DNA from: Negaprion brevirostris
Taxonomy: Eukaryota
NCBI GenBank assembly: GCA_030324005.1
Contig: JARDVH010000157.1
Location: 19,372,903 to 19,436,902 of the forward strand
Direction: 5' to 3'
Length of the DNA stretch: 64,000 bases
The position numbers and the translations under genes are program-made. Within the stretch, counting starts at the first letter, position 1; each line of letters opens with the position of its first letter. This document shows, piece by piece, positions 63,501 to 64,000 of the stretch. The notes beneath the pieces were generated by a model. The model searched no databases and was not told the origin of the DNA. It saw nothing but the letters and a program-made list of their open reading frames with translations.

Positions 63501-63573
63501 GTGGTTCAGCGAACAAAACTGATCGATGAAACACAAGACATGTTGCTGGAGATGTTGGAGGACATGACAACAG
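397..63573 (+). CDS. UBR4: UBR4 (E3/E4 ubiquitin ligase p600), internal multi-exon portion; 46 constitutive exons, about 2320 aa, both ends outside window
   Basis: Spliced translation closely matches vertebrate UBR4 as recalled (e.g. DCHVLTFS...[29 protein letters not shown]; [31 protein letters not shown]; [27 protein letters not shown]). All introns are GT-AG and phases chain without a frameshift. Confidence 0.98.
1354..1581 (+). CDS. UBR4: UBR4 exon w2 ([11 protein letters not shown]...THEDLK)
   Basis: cacag|GTT ... AAG|gtttgt; 228 nt. Confidence 0.95.
3216..3373 (+). CDS. UBR4: UBR4 exon w3 ([10 protein letters not shown]...FPINLK)
   Basis: tccag|GAC ... AG|gtaagt; 158 nt, ends phase 2. 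Confidence 0.95.
4116..4290 (-). mobile_element. 5'-truncated V-SINE, same tail type as 10206-10504
   Basis: ttattagtgtcgcaagtaggcttacattaacactgcaatgaagttactgtgaaaatcccc shared with the 10206 and 8646-8731 copies. Confidence 0.75.
4600..5115 (+). mobile_element. CR1 LINE 3' fragment
   Basis: ORF ...[39 protein letters not shown]. Confidence 0.85.
5279..5453 (+). CDS. UBR4: UBR4 exon w4 ([18 protein letters not shown]...LPAKAK)
   Basis: ctgcag|T ... AAG|gtcagt; 175 nt. Confidence 0.95.
6172..6413 (+). mobile_element. CR1 LINE 3' fragment spanning an N gap
   Basis: [20 protein letters not shown]; tail ggcctactcctgctcctatttcttatgttcttatg. Confidence 0.85.
7670..7871 (+). CDS. UBR4: UBR4 exon w5 (IQDMVAIRH...KRKAVAA)
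   Basis: ttttag|ATC ... A|gtaagg; 202 nt, ends phase 1. Confidence 0.93.
9350..9513 (+). CDS. UBR4: UBR4 exon w6 ([16 protein letters not shown]...YVASTK)
   Basis: tcacag|CA ... AAG|gtatga; 164 nt. Confidence 0.95.
10206..10504 (-). mobile_element. V-SINE with alternative (non-CR1) 3' tail
   Basis: Reverse strand has a GGCGGCACAGTGGTTAGCATTGCTG head and V domain, then a tail ending ...ACTTGTAACTAATAAATAAAA. Confidence 0.8.
11029..11064 (+). repeat. Perfect 18-bp tandem duplication
   Basis: GTATCCAGAAAACTAAAG x2. Confidence 0.9.
11849..12065 (+). CDS. UBR4: UBR4 exon w7 (PGGFTVE...DKKLTIF)
   Basis: ttacag|CCA ... G|gtaagt; 217 nt. Confidence 0.95.
12458..12674 (+). CDS. UBR4: UBR4 exon w8 (GASVDPAGV...SGSVLE)
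   Basis: ttgcag|TT ... AG|gtaagc; 217 nt, ends phase 2. Confidence 0.95.
13795..13910 (+). mobile_element. Rex1/Babar-like LINE 3' tail (second copy at about 42460-42712)
   Basis: ctgtacagcgtgcaagaaactatacttttcactgtatactaatacatgtgacagtaataaatcaaatc; similar text at 42630-42710. Confidence 0.55.
14300..16280 (+). mobile_element. Highly decayed L2 LINE
   Basis: CT-rich; [17 protein letters not shown] resembles the L2 RT motif LLDLSAAFDTVDH; ends with tggaactccatccctaaactctt. Confidence 0.6.
17615..17647 (+). CDS. UBR4: UBR4 candidate alternative 33-nt microexon (inserts [11 protein letters not shown] before R)
   Basis: ttttcttttctgttgttccctgaaag|TTGTGAGGCTGAATCCCTAAGCTCCTTAGACCG|gttagt. Phase 2-2 matches the host intron and there is no stop; resembles the mammalian isoform insert SSETESLTKLD as I recall it. 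Confidence 0.8.
18034..18320 (-). mobile_element. L2 LINE 3' end (similar fragment at about 51460-51870)
   Basis: caacttgtatttatgtagcacctttaac...cttaaaggaagagagag...agggaattcca. Confidence 0.65.
19649..19712 (+). CDS. UBR4: UBR4 exon w9 ([21 protein letters not shown])
   Basis: ctttag|G ... AAG|gtaacc; 64 nt. Confidence 0.95.
19941..20075 (+). CDS. UBR4: UBR4 exon w10 ([12 protein letters not shown]...SYHNHK)
   Basis: tcacag|GAA ... AAG|gtaacg; 135 nt. Confidence 0.95.
20596..20770 (+). CDS. UBR4: UBR4 exon w11 (DQALLNNAV...APQTDK)
   Basis: gatcag|GAT ... G|gtgagc; 175 nt. Confidence 0.95.
20836..21615 (-). mobile_element. CR1 (HER1-like) LINE 3' fragment
   Basis: Minus ORFs [24 protein letters not shown]...[12 protein letters not shown] and [14 protein letters not shown]; 3' tail ...TTCTATGTTC. 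Confidence 0.92.
24239..24379 (+). CDS. UBR4: UBR4 exon w12 (EGADERDQ...FLAPACLP)
   Basis: ctttag|AA ... G|gtaaga; 141 nt. Confidence 0.93.
24907..25028 (+). CDS. UBR4: UBR4 exon w13 ([10 protein letters not shown]...QMLLCP)
   Basis: gtacag|GT ... CCC|gtaagt; 122 nt. Confidence 0.95.
25279..25390 (+). CDS. UBR4: UBR4 exon w14 ([10 protein letters not shown]...RSNTPM)
   Basis: cctcag|GAC ... G|gtaagg; 112 nt. Confidence 0.95.
25897..26080. mobile_element. Penelope-like element terminal-repeat relic forming an inverted repeat
   Basis: agaaaatgttggaaaatctcaggtctggcaacatc (25908-25942) pairs with gatgctgccaggcctgctgagattttctagcattttct (25999-26036). Family copies at about 6050, 27340, 52075, 60765 and 62465. 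Confidence 0.6.
26158..26285 (+). CDS. UBR4: UBR4 exon w15 ([13 protein letters not shown]...GDFEMV)
   Basis: tttcag|GT ... GTG|gtaagc; 128 nt. Confidence 0.95.
26318..26684 (+). mobile_element. CR1 LINE 3' fragment
   Basis: [34 protein letters not shown]; tail ...gggcctgtactgcgctgtaatgttctatgttct. Confidence 0.88.
26987..27164 (+). CDS. UBR4: UBR4 exon w16 (SESMVLE...[13 protein letters not shown])
   Basis: tcccag|TCG ... G|gtacag; 178 nt. Confidence 0.95.
27817..27921 (+). CDS. UBR4: UBR4 exon w17 ([12 protein letters not shown]...SDTTAS)
   Basis: taatag|GT ... G|gtaact; 105 nt, phase 1-1. Confidence 0.93.
29801..29938 (+). CDS. UBR4: UBR4 exon w18 ([10 protein letters not shown]...VAGEHS)
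   Basis: ttttag|CT ... G|gtaagc; 138 nt. Confidence 0.94.
30511..30679 (+). CDS. UBR4: UBR4 exon w19 ([10 protein letters not shown]...DLHTSN)
   Basis: atatag|TG ... AG|gtgaga; 169 nt. Confidence 0.94.
30840..30936 (+). CDS. UBR4: UBR4 exon w20 ([10 protein letters not shown]...AIPYMQ)
   Basis: tcacag|G ... CAG|gtgaaa; 97 nt. Confidence 0.95.
31745..31852 (+). CDS. UBR4: UBR4 exon w21 ([11 protein letters not shown]...LCMDKK)
   Basis: ccaaaag|GTA ... AAG|gtactg; 108 nt. Confidence 0.94.
32865..32978 (+). CDS. UBR4: UBR4 exon w22 (DVSKKNDRS...SKSASE)
   Basis: gctcag|GAT ... GAG|gtaagt; 114 nt. Confidence 0.95.
34266..34475 (+). CDS. UBR4: UBR4 exon w23 (ASSLISNAT...LRQYVK)
   Basis: ttgcag|GCT ... 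AAG|gtaagg; 210 nt. Confidence 0.95.
34796..34945 (+). CDS. UBR4: UBR4 exon w24 ([10 protein letters not shown]...FYFLSE)
   Basis: tttcag|GGT ... GAA|gtgagt; 150 nt. Confidence 0.95.
35054..35281 (+). CDS. UBR4: UBR4 exon w25 ([10 protein letters not shown]...YDTLISL)
   Basis: ttccag|TAC ... TTG|gtaagt; 228 nt. Confidence 0.95.
35610..35688 (+). CDS. UBR4: UBR4 exon w26 (MEHLKACAE...FCLKDD)
   Basis: tttcag|ATG ... T|gtaagt; 79 nt. Confidence 0.95.
36346..36582 (+). CDS. UBR4: UBR4 exon w27 (SVLYFLLQ...REKEKD)
   Basis: ctccag|CT ... G|gtatgc; 237 nt. Confidence 0.95.
37788..37953 (+). CDS. UBR4: UBR4 exon w28 ([11 protein letters not shown]...LTLHIY)
   Basis: tgacag|AG ... AG|gtaagt; 166 nt. 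Confidence 0.94.
38395..40020 (-). mobile_element. Decayed CR1-clade LINE (RT and 3' end)
   Basis: Minus ORF ...[19 protein letters not shown]...MQQGLGNIQ (RT motif); 3' end ttctcaagggcaattagggataggtaacaaatgctggc. Confidence 0.75.
40030..40600 (-). mobile_element. pogo/POGK-like DNA transposase C-terminal relic
   Basis: Minus strand with frameshift: [11 protein letters not shown] (40418-40386) then DDLLWTDD, matching the pogo-type DDE_1 tail FKKCGISNxxDGSEDDxLW. Confidence 0.55.
40615..40965 (+). mobile_element. tRNA-derived shark SINE (unnamed by me) with a CR1-clade tail; further copies at about 16315-16655, 23690-24150, 32370-32800 (+) and 2820-3080 (-)
   Basis: Shared core: ...gctggtggaatttaaa...tcactaatgtcctttagg(g/a)aagga...ccttacctggt(c/t)tggc(c/t)taca(t/c)gtg...tgccctctg(a/g)aatggccta. 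Confidence 0.7.
42902..43272 (-). mobile_element. CR1 LINE 3' fragment
   Basis: Minus [36 protein letters not shown]; tail cataagaaacaggagcag on + strand. Confidence 0.85.
44349..44493 (+). CDS. UBR4: UBR4 exon w29 ([10 protein letters not shown]...PQTEKK)
   Basis: gattag|G ... AAG|gtaaga; 145 nt. Confidence 0.95.
44621..44706 (+). CDS. UBR4: UBR4 exon w30 (LKEYSHKAV...PNSNIY)
   Basis: tcctag|CTG ... AA|gtgagt; 86 nt. Confidence 0.95.
44857..44944 (+). CDS. UBR4: UBR4 exon w31 ([29 protein letters not shown])
   Basis: ttccag|C ... ACT|gtaagt; 88 nt. Confidence 0.95.
45711..45904 (+). CDS. UBR4: UBR4 exon w32 ([13 protein letters not shown]...VELKN)
   Basis: cttcag|AAT ... AA|gtgagt; 194 nt. 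Confidence 0.95.
46093..46528 (+). mobile_element. SacSINE1-like DeuSINE
   Basis: tRNA-like head, Deu-domain motifs (GATGAGACGTGAAACC, GATCCCATTACACTATT, TGTCCTGGCCAAT) and an L2-like tail (gtgaagtgctttgagac...aaaggct). Confidence 0.7.
46698..46937 (+). CDS. UBR4: UBR4 exon w33 (PARWHKAKK...Cys-rich CPRC/CGNC/CHKC)
   Basis: ccttag|G ... AG|gtgagt; 240 nt. Confidence 0.96.
47141..47470 (+). mobile_element. Full-length HE1-like V-SINE (tRNA head, V domain, CR1-type tail)
   Basis: A box TGGCACAGTGG, B box GGTTCGATTCC, V-domain GTGGGTTTCCTCC...TTCCTCCC, tail ending TTCTATG; AAATT on both sides (possible TSD). Confidence 0.85.
47835..47973 (+). CDS. UBR4: UBR4 exon w34 ([15 protein letters not shown]...EDRKK)
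   Basis: ttacag|G ... AAG|gtgaag; 139 nt. Confidence 0.95.
48178..48303 (+). CDS. UBR4: UBR4 exon w35 (AVTNINTLL...APEKPQ)
   Basis: ctgcag|GCA ... CAG|gtaaag; 126 nt. Confidence 0.95.
49397..49525 (+). CDS. UBR4: UBR4 exon w36 (DDTSGVAG...LSKIIQ)
   Basis: tctcag|GAT ... CAG|gtagaa; 129 nt. Confidence 0.95.
49757..50100 (+). CDS. UBR4: UBR4 exon w37 ([10 protein letters not shown]...[197 N]...QLMCLLT)
   Basis: ttgcag|AAA ... AG|gtatgt; 344 nt; the internal N run 49819-50015 keeps frame. Confidence 0.9.
51940..52465 (-). mobile_element. Degenerate SacSINE1-like element interrupted by a Penelope-type fragment (about 52075-52190)
   Basis: gggacttgaaccccacaatc...agtgctatcagctgagcc head on the reverse strand; ccaaagcccttcacag...gaagtgtagttgctgttg tail. 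Confidence 0.55.
52564..52654 (+). CDS. UBR4: UBR4 exon w38 (DNPEATQQM...WANPDL)
   Basis: ttacag|A ... CTG|gtgagt; 91 nt. Confidence 0.95.
53667..53845 (+). pseudogene. 3'-truncated 7SL (SRP) RNA retropseudogene, about nt 1-180, with target-site duplication
   Basis: GCCAGGCACGGTGGCGTGCGCCTG...GAGGCTGAGGC...GGATCGCTTG...GATCGGGCATCCGCATTAAGTTCAGCATCTATATGGTG...GAGGGGT is colinear with the 5' part of 7SL, including the S domain. Direct repeat GGTAATTTGAT at 53656-53666 and 53843-53853. Confidence 0.92.
54655..55596 (+). mobile_element. Decayed CR1 LINE fragment with a nested second CR1 3' end (about 55190-55343)
   Basis: RT C-terminal remnants (ttggtgagaccacacctggaatactg; ttcactagact-like; gatgctaaaaggatgtttt); two tails (...ctctatgatcctata and ...ttcctaatgtttcttat). 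Confidence 0.75.
56206..56290 (+). CDS. UBR4: UBR4 exon w39 (ASSLQYEML...WELRLRC)
   Basis: tttcag|GCT ... G|gtaagc; 85 nt. Confidence 0.95.
56510..56637 (+). CDS. UBR4: UBR4 exon w40 (ALSLYLMAV...TSKKNK)
   Basis: ccatag|CT ... AAG|gtgagc; 128 nt. Confidence 0.95.
56758..56887 (+). CDS. UBR4: UBR4 exon w41 ([11 protein letters not shown]...KCLPAR)
   Basis: ctgcag|GAC ... G|gtagag; 130 nt. Confidence 0.94.
58135..58292 (+). CDS. UBR4: UBR4 exon w42, includes the basic amphipathic calmodulin-binding segment ([16 protein letters not shown])
   Basis: aaacag|CT ... CAG|gtaatg; 158 nt. Calmodulin binding is inferred from mammalian p600. Confidence 0.94.
60281..60390 (+). CDS. UBR4: UBR4 exon w43 ([12 protein letters not shown]...VLDLLT)
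   Basis: tttcag|GTC ... AG|gtatgt; 110 nt. Confidence 0.95.
61105..61246 (+). CDS. UBR4: UBR4 exon w44 ([11 protein letters not shown]...GNLITK)
   Basis: tgtcag|T ... AAG|gtctgt; 142 nt. Confidence 0.95.
61919..62177 (-). mobile_element. HE1-like V-SINE with CR1-type tail
   Basis: Reverse complement aligns by eye to the 47141 copy (B box, V domain, ...ccttctgcacggttgggattctgctctatg tail). Confidence 0.8.
63217..63298 (+). CDS. UBR4: UBR4 exon w45 ([10 protein letters not shown]...ALKSLT)
   Basis: ttttag|GAA ... G|gtgaga; 82 nt. Confidence 0.95.
63400..63573 (+). CDS. UBR4: UBR4 exon w46 ([11 protein letters not shown]...LEDMTT)
   Basis: tttcag|CA ... G|gtaata; 174 nt. Confidence 0.95.
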
Positions 63574-63814
63574 GTAATAGTAAAGCACATTCAAACTTCC
63601 TTAAACTTGAGCTCTACTCGCATTTAAAGGGGAACCAAAGTTTTTAGTACTTTTTTCAGAGTGTTCCCTGTCTCTCTCACTTTAAGATAAATATAATTAT
63701 GTCTTTTCTCTAATTGGTAGAGCATACTTTCTGTCGGTTGGTTTGGATGCCTGCTCTGGTGATCTGAATTATTGTGCATGCCCTGTGTTAGCTGTGGTCT
63801 AGTGGATTCAAATC

Positions 63815-64000
63815 TTGCTGAGTCAGAGGTTGTGGGTTCAAGTCCTGCTCAAGGGATTTGAGCATGCTGTCTAGCCTGACAATTCCCAGTGCAGGAATGA
63901 GGGAGTGCTACATTTTATGGATGTGCTGTCTTTTCGATAAGACATTAAACCCAGGACCTGTCTGGCCTTTCATGTGCCGTTGGAAGAGTGAGAGCGTTCT
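63815..64000 (+). mobile_element. SacSINE1-like DeuSINE 5' part
   Basis: gagtcagaggttgtgggttcaagtcc head; gagggagtgct...gtgctgtcttttcgataagacattaaacc Deu-domain start. Confidence 0.65.

Noticed and set aside
43-63647. Short ORFs from the six-frame track as independent genes
   Set aside because: They are UBR4 exons with intronic read-through, antisense shadows, LINE remnants, chance ORFs or N-run artefacts.
1-64000. CRISPR arrays, operons or other prokaryotic systems
   Set aside because: The sequence is a vertebrate intron-exon locus with no regularly spaced repeat-spacer structure.

Overview
This is eukaryotic genomic DNA from a cartilaginous fish (shark), judged from its HE1/V-SINE, SacSINE1-like, CR1, L2 and Penelope-like repeats. 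The whole window lies inside one + strand gene, the giant N-recognin ubiquitin ligase UBR4 (p600). I traced 46 internal coding exons (397-63573) with canonical GT-AG sites and consistent phases. They total 6961 nt (about 2320 aa) and match the middle of vertebrate UBR4 as I recall it; the start and stop codons lie outside the window. Introns are filled with decayed retroelements and N gaps. The most notable signals are: (1) an in-frame 33-nt alternative microexon at 17615-17647 flanked by RBFOX motifs; (2) a 3'-truncated, tail-less 7SL RNA retrocopy with a target-site duplication and target/RNA microhomology; (3) a UIM-like motif in the acidic linker; (4) Penelope-type relics with decayed hammerhead-ribozyme cores; (5) a piggyBac-like mini-palindrome abutting a likely branch point. 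Homology calls come from memory, not database searches, and repeat boundaries are approximate.
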